Virus record (IMG/VR): IMGVR_UViG_3300009430_000004
Location: 62,001 to 126,000 of that record
Length of the DNA: 64,000 nucleotides
Strand: one strand, 5' to 3'
Positions 49,134 through 58,744 of the stretch are shown here, piece after piece (positions within the stretch are counted from its first letter, which is position 1; every line of letters starts with the position of its first letter). The position numbers were made by a program, and so were the translations under genes. The notes under the pieces were generated by a model, which was not told the origin of the DNA, did no database searches, and saw only the letters and a program-made list of their open reading frames with translations.

Positions 49134-49281
49134 GAATAAAAGATTAAAAATAGAAGTTAAACCAACGCTTGGAGACATAGCTAGATATCACTCTCTCATT
49201 CAAGCGTATGAATTTGACGAGCATATAAGAGAGATAGCTCGTGAGACAGTAAAGGATTATCTTAAGAAGACCAACAGGTAG
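49126..49281 (+). CDS. Small basic protein (51 aa, below track cutoff)
   Basis: SD GAGGTG; MAKNKRLKIEVKPTLGDIARYHSLIQAYEFDEHIREIARETVKDYLKKTNR. Confidence 0.55.
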   Translation: MAKNKRLKIEVKPTLGDIARYHSLIQAYEFDEHIREIARETVKDYLKKTNR

Positions 49282-49381
49282 CAGATAAATATCATATCGT
49301 GGTATAACCATTTTTAAATTAAATTATATATTATTTACATAGCTACAAATCTATAAAAATAAATTTGGGGGGTAAGTAACC

Positions 49382-49795
49382 ATGAACGAACTGATTCAAT
49401 TATTAAACAAAGTTAACAACAGAGAGATACCTGTATCTTCTACAGTATCTCAGGATTTGCTAGAAGTTATTCAATGGTCTAAAAATAGACCTATAAGCAA
49501 AGAAACCGTTAGACAATATCTAATTGAAACAGACCGCTATGAGACAGAAGAAGACCTAGACCTATTCATGAGAGACTTGTTCACTATTTACGCAGTCGTT
49601 CATGAGCAGGAACATAGAAATCAGATATCAAATCTAGTTAAATCCACAGTGTTAACTGGAGGCGTTTTCGTACCGAACAACAATACAGTACGAGAATTAA
49701 TAAATTCTGGTTTTAGGTGTTATCCAGTTACTTATTCCAATGAGGGAATGGTATTGGGTATAATAACAAAGGTAGGACATATAGTCATAGCATAA
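49382..49795 (+). CDS. Hypothetical early protein
   Basis: 137 aa; early-type promoter at 49325-49334. Confidence 0.6.
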   Translation: MNELIQLLNKVNNREIPVSSTVSQDLLEVIQWSKNRPISKETVRQYLIETDRYETEEDLDLFMRDLFTIYAVVHEQEHRNQISNLVKSTVLTGGVFVPNNNTVRELINSGFRCYPVTYSNEGMVLGIITKVGHIVIA

Positions 49796-49816
49796 AACAT
49801 ACAGGGGGACTGGGTT

Positions 49817-50062
49817 ATGTATTTGGGTGAGATATTGTCAGAAGTAGAAAAACATATGAAAGAAAATAAAGTGGCACTAGAAGATGCTGCTATAAATGTA
49901 CTAAACGGACTACCTGGTGGAAGGTTGCTCAATCTTGTTAAACAAGATACAATAAAATATCTATTACTCGGTAAAGAGGGGAAAACTAAATATAGATATT
50001 TTGAACCAGTATTAGAAATAGAAGATGGACATAACATATGCACATATGTTATATACGGCTAA
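49817..50062 (+). CDS. Hypothetical protein
   Basis: 81 aa; SD AGGGGG. Confidence 0.5.
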   Translation: MYLGEILSEVEKHMKENKVALEDAAINVLNGLPGGRLLNLVKQDTIKYLLLGKEGKTKYRYFEPVLEIEDGHNICTYVIYG

Positions 50063-50102
50063 CATTCGTTAGCCGTTTTATATTTTTTTAGGAGGTGATA
50101 AA

Positions 50103-50342
50103 TTGTATAATGAAGATAAGATAAATCAATTGGATAGATTCGTTTCTGACCTAGCATTTCATTATGGACAGGTTGAAAATTTTACTCAATATCTTAACTT
50201 AGATGAAACTGATTCTAAAGTTGTTGAGACTGGATTAAAGATTATTAAAAAGAAAATAAAGAAAATGACAAAGTCTAGATCAGTTGAAGAACTGAAAGAA
50301 GTTGTTAAGGTTAAAAAAGTTCTTAAAGAAAGAAGTGATTAG
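50103..50342 (+). CDS. Hypothetical protein
   Basis: 79 aa; TTG start with perfect SD AGGAGGTG. Confidence 0.55.
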   Translation: MYNEDKINQLDRFVSDLAFHYGQVENFTQYLNLDETDSKVVETGLKIIKKKIKKMTKSRSVEELKEVVKVKKVLKERSD

Positions 50343-50345
50343 GGG

Positions 50346-50813
50346 ATGAAATATTATATAGTATTAAGAAAAGATGGTAGCTACAGGGGGTTTACAACTA
50401 TCAAAGAAGTATTCGAAGATTTCACTAGGCAAAGGAATATGAAAGACTTCGAAGTATGTATAATGAATAAAAAGGATATGGAACCAAGACTGTTACAAGA
50501 AATAAACAGCAGTTATACTGAATTAGTACCCAATAGTGGTCTTTTAATGTTTCCTGATGAAGAGGAATACTTTATAGAAGGATTTAACCAATATCTCCTT
50601 GAGCTTAAAATGTATACATCATATCTATTAAAAGATATTCAATATATAGAATTTCAAGATAATGAAGAGAGAGATATAGTTATTAAAACTATAAAGATAA
50701 TCTATCAGATATTAAAAGACATTGAGGATGGTGAAAATAGTGATGCTTGTGTTGAGTATGACAGATATTTTAAAATGAAGGATATGGTTCAACACATAAT
50801 AAACCAATTCTAA
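50346..50813 (+). CDS. Hypothetical protein (tandem paralogue)
   Basis: 155 aa; MKYYIV...YIEFQDNEERDIV...C.EYD.YF is shared with the next gene. Confidence 0.65.
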   Translation: MKYYIVLRKDGSYRGFTTIKEVFEDFTRQRNMKDFEVCIMNKKDMEPRLLQEINSSYTELVPNSGLLMFPDEEEYFIEGFNQYLLELKMYTSYLLKDIQYIEFQDNEERDIVIKTIKIIYQILKDIEDGENSDACVEYDRYFKMKDMVQHIINQF

Positions 50814-50825
50814 GAAGGTGTTTAT

Positions 50826-51293
50826 ATGAAATACTATGTTATCTTTAGTAATAAAGGTAAATTTTTAGGTTATAGTAAGGATAAAGAATTAGTAAATAAG
50901 TTAGTTAAAAGTCGAAAGAAAGACTCTCTCATCGTGCATACGATGAAAGAAAAGGAAGTAACACCTGACCTTAAAAAGAGGTTAGAACATGGAATATATG
51001 ATATTTCTATTTATAAAGATGAAAGAACAAAGGAGGAAATAGTATTATTTGTACAAGAAGAAATCCGAGCTTTCGATGAATTAAATGATAGGATAATAGC
51101 ATTTAGATCTGATTTAGATTTCTTGATACTTAACTGGAAATATATAAAATTTGATGATGATGAGAAAAAGATAGTTGACAAAATGTTAACAACTCTGGAT
51201 ACTATCATATCAGAGATAGACTATACTGAATGTCATATAGATTACGATTTCTATTTTAATGTAATAAAGTATCTAAAACAATTTTTATATTAA
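50826..51293 (+). CDS. Hypothetical protein (tandem paralogue)
   Basis: 155 aa; MKYYVI...YIKFDDDEKKIV...CHIDYDFYF. Confidence 0.65.
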   Translation: MKYYVIFSNKGKFLGYSKDKELVNKLVKSRKKDSLIVHTMKEKEVTPDLKKRLEHGIYDISIYKDERTKEEIVLFVQEEIRAFDELNDRIIAFRSDLDFLILNWKYIKFDDDEKKIVDKMLTTLDTIISEIDYTECHIDYDFYFNVIKYLKQFLY

Positions 51294-51352
51294 GCATTCT
51301 CTAGTCTTTAACTTTATATAACAATACAATAAGAAATTATATAAGTGAAGGG

Positions 51353-52030
51353 GTGACTATGATGAGGGTGCCAAAGATTGAGAATTATAATAATAGGAAC
51401 CTTATTGAACTTAAAAAGATTAAGGAAGTTCCCAAACTAACAAGAAATGTTATTCTCATGAATGATAAAGATAAAATAAAACTAATAAAGACTATTGAGA
51501 AAATCATAAGAGGGTCTCAAGAGTATAAGCAATATGTGCAATATCTTAGAGATGAGATTGATATGACACTTTGCTCTTTCTTCAATAAAATATCAAATAA
51601 GGAATCAAAAAGGATTTCGATCGAAATTCATCACGAACCTTTTACCTTATTCGATTTAACTCAAATAGTTTTGGAGAAGTGGATAGCTAATGAAGAAGAT
51701 GTTAATCCTATCATGATTGCAGAAGAAGTGATGAGAATACACTACAGGGGACAAGTCGGATTAATTCCTTTATCAATAACAGTTCATGAACTGGTTCACA
51801 ATGGTAAAATATTTATTCCATTGCAAAATGTATATGGTGATTTCATATCCTTCCTAGAAGAATATGACCCATATATTCCAAATGACTTAAAAGACATACT
51901 AGAAGTAAAATTAAAAATGTCAAAAGAAATTCAAGCACTAGATATGACATTGCTTGAGAAGAAATTTATCTATTTAGAAGTTGATGGGATGACATTCCCT
52001 CAACCAATCAATGATTTAGTTGAAGTGTAA
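51353..52030 (+). CDS. HNH-like (His-Me finger) protein, paralogue of 60936..61592
   Basis: C...IEIHHEPFTLFD...LIPLSITVHELVH; late-type promoter at 51320-51331. Confidence 0.6.
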   Translation: MTMMRVPKIENYNNRNLIELKKIKEVPKLTRNVILMNDKDKIKLIKTIEKIIRGSQEYKQYVQYLRDEIDMTLCSFFNKISNKESKRISIEIHHEPFTLFDLTQIVLEKWIANEEDVNPIMIAEEVMRIHYRGQVGLIPLSITVHELVHNGKIFIPLQNVYGDFISFLEEYDPYIPNDLKDILEVKLKMSKEIQALDMTLLEKKFIYLEVDGMTFPQPINDLVEV

Positions 52031-52092
52031 AAAAATTTATCCTAGATGATTACTCATCTAGGATATTTTTATGTGATTAAGGAGGTATACAT

Positions 52093-52488
52093 ATGGACGA
52101 TAAAGATTATATGGTCTATATTATTAAAGATGACATGGATTTAACGGACGATGAATTCAAACTAATTAAAAATCTCTTTGAGTCGTTTGAGAATGAAGAT
52201 GAAGAAGATGGCGGAGAAAAAAAGACTGCAATGTTTGCAGGGGTAAATCATCTTCCTATGACAGACCTCAAAAAGATTCGTGATGCAATCTTTAAGGATT
52301 GCTCAGATTATAAACAGGTAATATTTATAAGAAATGATGACCCTATAACAGTGTCACGTATATTATTTCAACTTGGTTATGACCAATATATGTTATTCGA
52401 AACAGATGGTGATGAATTACTTATTTATATAATTGAAGACAAAACCTTACATGAAGTAAAATTAGATGATTCAGGCTTTGACCTGTAA
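52093..52488 (+). CDS. Hypothetical acidic protein
   Basis: 131 aa; SD AAGGAGGT. Confidence 0.6.
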   Translation: MDDKDYMVYIIKDDMDLTDDEFKLIKNLFESFENEDEEDGGEKKTAMFAGVNHLPMTDLKKIRDAIFKDCSDYKQVIFIRNDDPITVSRILFQLGYDQYMLFETDGDELLIYIIEDKTLHEVKLDDSGFDL

Positions 52489-52661
52489 AAAAACAGTAGT
52501 TACCCTACTAGCACCACCAAGCTAGTAGGGTAACCATCTTACGTTTAAGGAGGTAACTTCATGGAAATTATGAGCAAACTTATAAATTGTATTTAGGCAA
52601 ACTATTATATAAAAGTTTGAAATTTGTTTACCTGAAAATGGTAAAATGAGGGGGTAAGGGT

Positions 52662-53294
52662 ATGACCCGACTACGTATTTTTACAGATGGTGGTGCTTAT
52701 GCCAAAGACAATGGTAAATTCACAGCAGTATCATCTTACAGAATTTATAAAGATGACGAATTGTTACACGATAAACAAGAAGTGCATGATGATAAAACAA
52801 ATAATTATGCTGAGATATATGCAATAGCTACAGCTTTGGAGAATGTCCAAGATTATTTAGAGGTTGCTGAACCAGAAGAGTTTAGTGTAGAAGTATATAG
52901 CGACTCATTACTTTGTGTTCAATCACTGAATGTTTGGATTTATAATTGGATTAAGAAAGCTAAAGATGGTGTTATGTATAACTCCACAGGACAAAAGGTT
53001 GCAAATCAAGAGCTCATTAAAAGAGCTTTTAAAATAAAATATAAGTTAAAAGGTCACATCAATGTGTGGCATATTAATTCACATGAGCCACTCAAGAAAG
53101 TGAAAGAACTTTATAAGAAGTTCTTAAAGTTTAATAAATGTGATATAACATATGATGACTTCTTATTTGCGTATTTACAAAATAAGAAGTGTGATGAAGC
53201 TATAGACCCTATATATCGAGAATTTATTAAAAATAATAATGTAGATAACAAAGATATAAATTTGGATGGGGAGGTAACCAATAATGAATTTTAA
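52662..53294 (+). CDS. rnhA: Ribonuclease HI
   Basis: IFTDGG, TNNYAEIYA, YSDS, W...W, VANQEL, HINSH, NKKCD. Confidence 0.88.
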   Translation: MTRLRIFTDGGAYAKDNGKFTAVSSYRIYKDDELLHDKQEVHDDKTNNYAEIYAIATALENVQDYLEVAEPEEFSVEVYSDSLLCVQSLNVWIYNWIKKAKDGVMYNSTGQKVANQELIKRAFKIKYKLKGHINVWHINSHEPLKKVKELYKKFLKFNKCDITYDDFLFAYLQNKKCDEAIDPIYREFIKNNNVDNKDINLDGEVTNNEF

Positions 53295-54093
53295 AGATGA
53301 ATTATACAATAAAACTCTTGAAGAGTTAATAGACGAATTATATAAACATCCTTTCTACACCCATAACCATATGGTTGTGAAAGATGTTATAGCTGAAAGA
53401 TTAAAAGATAAACCAGACTATGATAAATACCTTGTATGTTTTCCAAGCAAATTCTCTCCAAGGTCGGAGCAGCTTCATTTAGAACAGGACATGCACAGTA
53501 TTAGAGGACTTGTTGAATGGGATAGAGTTGAAAGCTTAATGGAAGATGAATATTCTTTAATACCATTCTCAGACCTCAGTACCTTCATTGAAGATGAAAG
53601 ATTCGGATATGTTGAAAGATACATGGCAGAATATGATCTAGGTTTAAAACAATTGGTTGTAGCTTGCTACATAACAGATGGTAAAAATGTAATGTTGCTT
53701 GATTGTAAACAAGGTAGAATGGCTGGAAACTATACTATGGTTCAAGGTCATGTTGAATATGACCCAACAATTTATTTTAAGTCTCAGTTAGAATTCCTAA
53801 GGGATAATGCCTTTAGAGAATTTAGTGAGGAATTAAAATTATCAAAGGAGATAATATTCCCTTTGACACCAAAGTTTCTCTATAATGGGGAAATCCAACT
53901 TGTTCAATTAGAACATTTTGGAATAATATATGAGGTTAGAGTAGAAAACCTCAACGAGTACATCCACAATATAACGAGTGGAGAACCTGAAAAGCACACA
54001 CCAGTATGTATATCCCTGAAAGACACGGCGGATTTGGATGGGAAGATTGACAACTGGGCAAGTGTTGTTCTCAAACATCTAAGGGAACATTAA
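53284..54093 (+). CDS. Nudix-fold hydrolase
   Basis: KQLVVACYI...GHVE...AFREFSEEL (Nudix box with extended spacer), followed by HFGIIY. Confidence 0.65.
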   Translation: MNFKDELYNKTLEELIDELYKHPFYTHNHMVVKDVIAERLKDKPDYDKYLVCFPSKFSPRSEQLHLEQDMHSIRGLVEWDRVESLMEDEYSLIPFSDLSTFIEDERFGYVERYMAEYDLGLKQLVVACYITDGKNVMLLDCKQGRMAGNYTMVQGHVEYDPTIYFKSQLEFLRDNAFREFSEELKLSKEIIFPLTPKFLYNGEIQLVQLEHFGIIYEVRVENLNEYIHNITSGEPEKHTPVCISLKDTADLDGKIDNWASVVLKHLREH

Positions 54094-54207
54094 AAATATA
54101 AATTGGCATAATATACTGTATCTTCGGTATATTATGTTAATTTTTATCGGTAAAATAAAGTATATATTATATCTATAAGACAAAATACAATTTAGGAGGG
54201 TAACAAC

Positions 54208-55146
54208 ATGAAAGTTATGGGTAATTCAACCGCATTTCTTTTTGAAGTCTATGTCGTAGACTTTGGCGATAATTATCATAGATTACCAACAGAACCATCA
54301 AGTGAGTTGGAAATAGAGGCTAGGAGAATAAGACGTAGGTATAAGAACCTGACAGATTATATGAGGGCACTTGCTATATACCAAGAGTATATGAGTTTAT
54401 TAGCTCAAAAACATGGCGGTCCAAGATTATTTAAGATAAAACTTAAAAATGAATTGGTCGAAGACTTCGTGCCACCGAAACCACGTATGAAAAATACTGA
54501 GATGAATAAGTTCATTCTTAAGAATAAGATAATAGTGGGCAATATTAAGTCAGTAAAGATAGATGAAGAATTACTAGAAAAATATGTGGAAGATGTTTCG
54601 GATGAGCAACATGTAGAAGTCCTTGAACCAACGGCGGCATTTGACCCAATTGCCAATAGAGTAATTAAAGAAGAAGGGTCGTCGTTAGTGTCAATTAAGA
54701 AAGTTCAAAAGATATCTAATATAGATTATCTTGAAGAATATTTTAAGACTAAAAATGTAATTAAACATGAGGAAGAAATCAAAGATGTTCCATCTATAAA
54801 AGAAATAATGAGTGGCGAATATCTTGATAAGATAAAAGATACGTCCGATACGGACGATGTTCTATTCTATAAAGGAAATTATATGCATAGAGATTCTGTA
54901 GAAGAATTGCAGGTGTACCAAACGCTTGGTGATTTAGGATGGAACTCGCTTAAGGTTATGAAGAGTAAAGATGTTAGTAAAAACATCACTAGAATTATGA
55001 AGGAAAGAACTAAGAAAGATAAAAAGAAAAAAGGTAAGAAGAACGATGACTTCTTAGTACAGGTAATGACAGATGGAGATTATGAAAACTTCGATGCATT
55101 TCAAGAAGATATGTTAAATTTCTCATCTGCAAATATATTTAAATAA
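54208..55146 (+). CDS. Hypothetical early protein
   Basis: 312 aa; SD AGGAGG; early-type promoter at 54161-54170. Confidence 0.6.
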   Translation: MKVMGNSTAFLFEVYVVDFGDNYHRLPTEPSSELEIEARRIRRRYKNLTDYMRALAIYQEYMSLLAQKHGGPRLFKIKLKNELVEDFVPPKPRMKNTEMNKFILKNKIIVGNIKSVKIDEELLEKYVEDVSDEQHVEVLEPTAAFDPIANRVIKEEGSSLVSIKKVQKISNIDYLEEYFKTKNVIKHEEEIKDVPSIKEIMSGEYLDKIKDTSDTDDVLFYKGNYMHRDSVEELQVYQTLGDLGWNSLKVMKSKDVSKNITRIMKERTKKDKKKKGKKNDDFLVQVMTDGDYENFDAFQEDMLNFSSANIFK

Positions 55147-55172
55147 AATAATTTAACTGGGGGTAAATATAA

Positions 55173-55901
55173 ATGAGTAAGCTACCAATATTTAAATCAG
55201 TTCCAGAAGTAATGGCGTATATACACAATAATAATATACCACAGGAGAAAGTGCCAGATTATATGGCACGTATTCTCCCTGATAATCCCAAGGAGGATTT
55301 ATTGAGATATATGTTAAGTTTATTAGATACTAGCGAGCATATGCCTGATTCGGCAAAAGAAAAGTATCTTAAAAAGTTAGCTAATAGAATAGATAGGCGT
55401 CTTAGAGGTGTTGTCAAGAAAGAAAAGAAACTTGTTATTATGCAAGAGTTAGTTAAAGAATTCACTGTTGAGACAATACTTGAAAGAGATAAGTATAAAG
55501 AAGGTAACTCAGAAGGTTGGAAATCAACTAAGGAACATGTCACCACAATTTGTGAAAAAGTGTTGAGAGAATCCTCTGAGCTAACTGAAGAACAGAAAAC
55601 AGAAAGACTCGCTCTATTAAAAGAGAGATATAGAAATTGCACTGACGAATTCTTAGATATTGTGAGATTAAAGAAGTTTATTGCTGGTATTTGTGAGGTT
55701 GGGCTATTGAACACCCGAGAAAATGAATACCAATTGATTTTATATATTATACCTAAGGATATAAAGAATGTAGAGCCAGAGTTAGACCTGCCTACAGGAC
55801 CTAGCCTACCAAAGGGCTATGGGGTATTAAACCTTTCAGAAGATGTCAAAAATTATATTAAGAGGAGTGAAAATAACAATGTCGAGGACATTAAGAAGTA
55901 G
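55173..55901 (+). CDS. Hypothetical protein
   Basis: 242 aa ORF within the operon. Confidence 0.55.
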   Translation: MSKLPIFKSVPEVMAYIHNNNIPQEKVPDYMARILPDNPKEDLLRYMLSLLDTSEHMPDSAKEKYLKKLANRIDRRLRGVVKKEKKLVIMQELVKEFTVETILERDKYKEGNSEGWKSTKEHVTTICEKVLRESSELTEEQKTERLALLKERYRNCTDEFLDIVRLKKFIAGICEVGLLNTRENEYQLILYIIPKDIKNVEPELDLPTGPSLPKGYGVLNLSEDVKNYIKRSENNNVEDIKK

Positions 55902-57435
55902 AATAATGGAACACTTCGAAGCACCTTCGATGAAGGATATATTCAAAGTGTGCGATAACTCTGTTGTATCAGATAATAATGAGAAAGTAAATATGATTTT
56001 AAACTTATTACAACAGTATAAAAAAGATTTTATAGAATTGGGATCTGGAACCAATAGGTTGTCTATTTTAATGGACAACTATGTATTTAAGATAGCTCTA
56101 GACAAATGGGGGATGCGAGATAATGCTAATGAGTTCGCTATGTCTCATGAATTACAACCATATGTTATAAAAACATATGAAACCAATGACCTCATAGCTG
56201 TTTGTGAGTATGTAACACTCATAAGCCGTGAAGAGTTTATTGAGCGTAAACCTGAGATACAGAAAATTCTAGCAATACTTGCAGAAGGATATTTACTAGG
56301 GGATGTTGGTACTGTCCCAAAGAACTTCTGTAACTGGGGTTACAGAGATAATGGCGAATTAGTCATACTTGACTTTGCCTATATTTATAGAGTAAGAGGT
56401 GATGAAGTTCTCTGCTCATCAGATGGAACCATACTTGAATATGATGAGAACTTCTATAACTTAAGATGCCCTAAATGTAATAGAAAATATTCATTTATGG
56501 ATGTAAGAAGAAAGATTCCTATGGCTGATGAAGAAAAGGAAGTCTTCATGGCAAAGGAATTGTCTTATAAGCTGACTAAACCTGTTCAAGAGGTTAGTGA
56601 AAAGGATGCCAATGAGGAGGAGAAATCCTCTTTATATAATAACACAAATACAAAACGCAAGGAGGACCCCAATATGAAAATTGACAATTACCCAGATAGG
56701 AAAGAAGTTGAGGAGGAAGTGATGCAGGAGGAATCCTATTATGACGCCCTCAATCTATTTTCAGGAATGAATCAACCTTTAAAAGTTAATAATGATGATA
56801 CCATCGTTACAGATGAATCATTAAAGAAGGTTGAAGATGTAGTAAGAAATATTAATGAGGAATGCTCTCAGGAGATAACCTCAAACATCACCGAAGTAAT
56901 AGGTGATGGTGTAGAAGATGTGAAACTTGTCAATGTAAAAGTTGAGTCAATCACTGTTGAAAACGGTGAGGCTGTTGAACATCAGGTAGGTGAGAGTACC
57001 TATATCATAGGTATGGACCTCGCTAGAGGTAACCTCGATATAGACGAGGATGAAAATGTAGAAAATAGTGGTGATAAACCTGCTAACTGGCAGGATGTAA
57101 ACTGCGAGGAACAAGCTACTCAAACAAATCTTAATGAACAGCAATCAGGGGATGTTGGTAAGATAACAGTTAATGTTAGCCAACACACTCAGCAAATAAA
57201 TAGTTCATTAAAGATTATAAAGAGTGATGAAGGTGCTGATTGTGAATCACAAGCGACAGTTCAAACTGCAACATGTACAAAGGAAGAAAACATTGATGCT
57301 GTTGCTGAAGCACTCAGAAAAGAATTAGGAGAAGATGATGCGACTCTCGAAGGTGGAGATGATTATGAACATCTTTACGAAGAGAACGACAGACAGAAGA
57401 GAGGGAATAGACGAGAAAGAAAAGAATGGAGGTAA
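55843..57435 (+). CDS. Protein-kinase-like protein with Cys-rich knuckle and long acidic tail
   Basis: LGSGTNR (Gly loop), YVFKIA, N.NE, GDV....NFCNWG (catalytic loop), VILDFAY (DFG-like), CPKC; likely start ATG 55879 after GAGGAG. Confidence 0.7.
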   Translation: MSKIILRGVKITMSRTLRSRIMEHFEAPSMKDIFKVCDNSVVSDNNEKVNMILNLLQQYKKDFIELGSGTNRLSILMDNYVFKIALDKWGMRDNANEFAMSHELQPYVIKTYETNDLIAVCEYVTLISREEFIERKPEIQKILAILAEGYLLGDVGTVPKNFCNWGYRDNGELVILDFAYIYRVRGDEVLCSSDGTILEYDENFYNLRCPKCNRKYSFMDVRRKIPMADEEKEVFMAKELSYKLTKPVQEVSEKDANEEEKSSLYNNTNTKRKEDPNMKIDNYPDRKEVEEEVMQEESYYDALNLFSGMNQPLKVNNDDTIVTDESLKKVEDVVRNINEECSQEITSNITEVIGDGVEDVKLVNVKVESITVENGEAVEHQVGESTYIIGMDLARGNLDIDEDENVENSGDKPANWQDVNCEEQATQTNLNEQQSGDVGKITVNVSQHTQQINSSLKIIKSDEGADCESQATVQTATCTKEENIDAVAEALRKELGEDDATLEGGDDYEHLYEENDRQKRGNRRERKEWR

Positions 57436-57439
57436 TTAA

Positions 57440-58099
57440 ATGGGCTGTGTAATGAGGATGAATTCTGAAAAGTTCATCATGAATTTTATGAAAGACTACG
57501 ATCCAAGTGAATTTCAATTCATCTTGGTGTCAGAGAATATTTCAACAGAGAAGAGATATAAAAATGTAATGTCGGTGCCAGCTCTGATACCACCTCCAAA
57601 CATAATAGCGACTCATATTAATGAGGGTTATGGTAAGGAGTACAAGAAAAAATATCTTGACTTTCTTAAGAAAGGCGAGATAAACTCCTTAGTATCAATC
57701 ATTGTTAAAGCTGCTTTAGGAGGAATGAATATCGTCCTTCTATGTTCCAAGTCAGAAGATGAATACAAATATCTTAAACTTCTTTGTGAGTTTATCGAAG
57801 ATGAGTATAAACTCAAAACTTATACCCTGAAGTCATTTAAGGAAGACCCTAAGAAAGCCTCTAAGATTAAGAACAAGGAAGAGGTTGTTAGAGTTCTTGC
57901 AAAAGCTATGGAGAAGCTTCATGATGTTGGAAACAAACTATCACCAGAAATTGATGAGGACAAATTCATCAAGAGATTGAAGAAGCTTGATAAGAATGAG
58001 CTCCGAGTATACTGTAAGAACAAGGGTATCAAGATAGATAATGACATGGATAAGAAAGATATCATAAAGAAGATTAGAAAGAAAGTATTCAAGGACTAA
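57440..58099 (+). CDS. Hypothetical protein with C-terminal SAP/Rho-N-like helix-extension-helix
   Basis: LKKLDKNELRVYCKNKGIKIDNDMDKKDIIKKI. Confidence 0.55.
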   Translation: MGCVMRMNSEKFIMNFMKDYDPSEFQFILVSENISTEKRYKNVMSVPALIPPPNIIATHINEGYGKEYKKKYLDFLKKGEINSLVSIIVKAALGGMNIVLLCSKSEDEYKYLKLLCEFIEDEYKLKTYTLKSFKEDPKKASKIKNKEEVVRVLAKAMEKLHDVGNKLSPEIDEDKFIKRLKKLDKNELRVYCKNKGIKIDNDMDKKDIIKKIRKKVFKD

Positions 58100-58177
58100 A
58101 AACAAGTAAGCCTTAGCAGAAATGCTAAGGCTTATATTTTAATTTTTTACTATACATAATTTTAAAGAGGTGATTAT

Positions 58178-58672
58178 ATGAAAAGTATAAAAGATATTGA
58201 AGCAATAATTAAACAACAAGAATGGAAAACTGAAGGCTTCGATAAAGATAAATATATTGAAGAACTTTTAGGCGAATTGAGATTGAAAGCTATACAGCTA
58301 GAAGCTGTTCTATATACATCAGATATAACCGAAAAAGCTAATGGACAGCTAGGAAGGATGTATAATGAAAAATGTAGGGAGCTTGAGAATCTTAAAAAGT
58401 TCAGTGCAGAAACTATAAGACCTGTCGTAATGGACGAAACTATGGATGCCATGATTGTTAGAACAAGTGGTTTACATCCTAGCTTTGAACCATTCTATCA
58501 GAGAAGGGTACAATTGACAGAGGAAGAAGCAAAATATATATTGGAAGTTCAATCAGAACAAATGGGTGAACCTGGAATGGTCTGCATAGGTTTGGAGCCT
58601 GTGAGAAGAGCACCATGTGACCTAGGGGTTATATGTCTACAGGATTTCGTTAAAAAGGACGAAAAAAAATAA
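58178..58672 (+). CDS. Hypothetical protein
   Basis: 164 aa; SD GAGGTG. Confidence 0.55.
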   Translation: MKSIKDIEAIIKQQEWKTEGFDKDKYIEELLGELRLKAIQLEAVLYTSDITEKANGQLGRMYNEKCRELENLKKFSAETIRPVVMDETMDAMIVRTSGLHPSFEPFYQRRVQLTEEEAKYILEVQSEQMGEPGMVCIGLEPVRRAPCDLGVICLQDFVKKDEKK

Positions 58673-58744
58673 TAAACTAAGAATAACTTAGTTTATTATC
58701 AATAGTAGAGACAGATTATCTGAAAGGAGGAACCCCTTACGATT

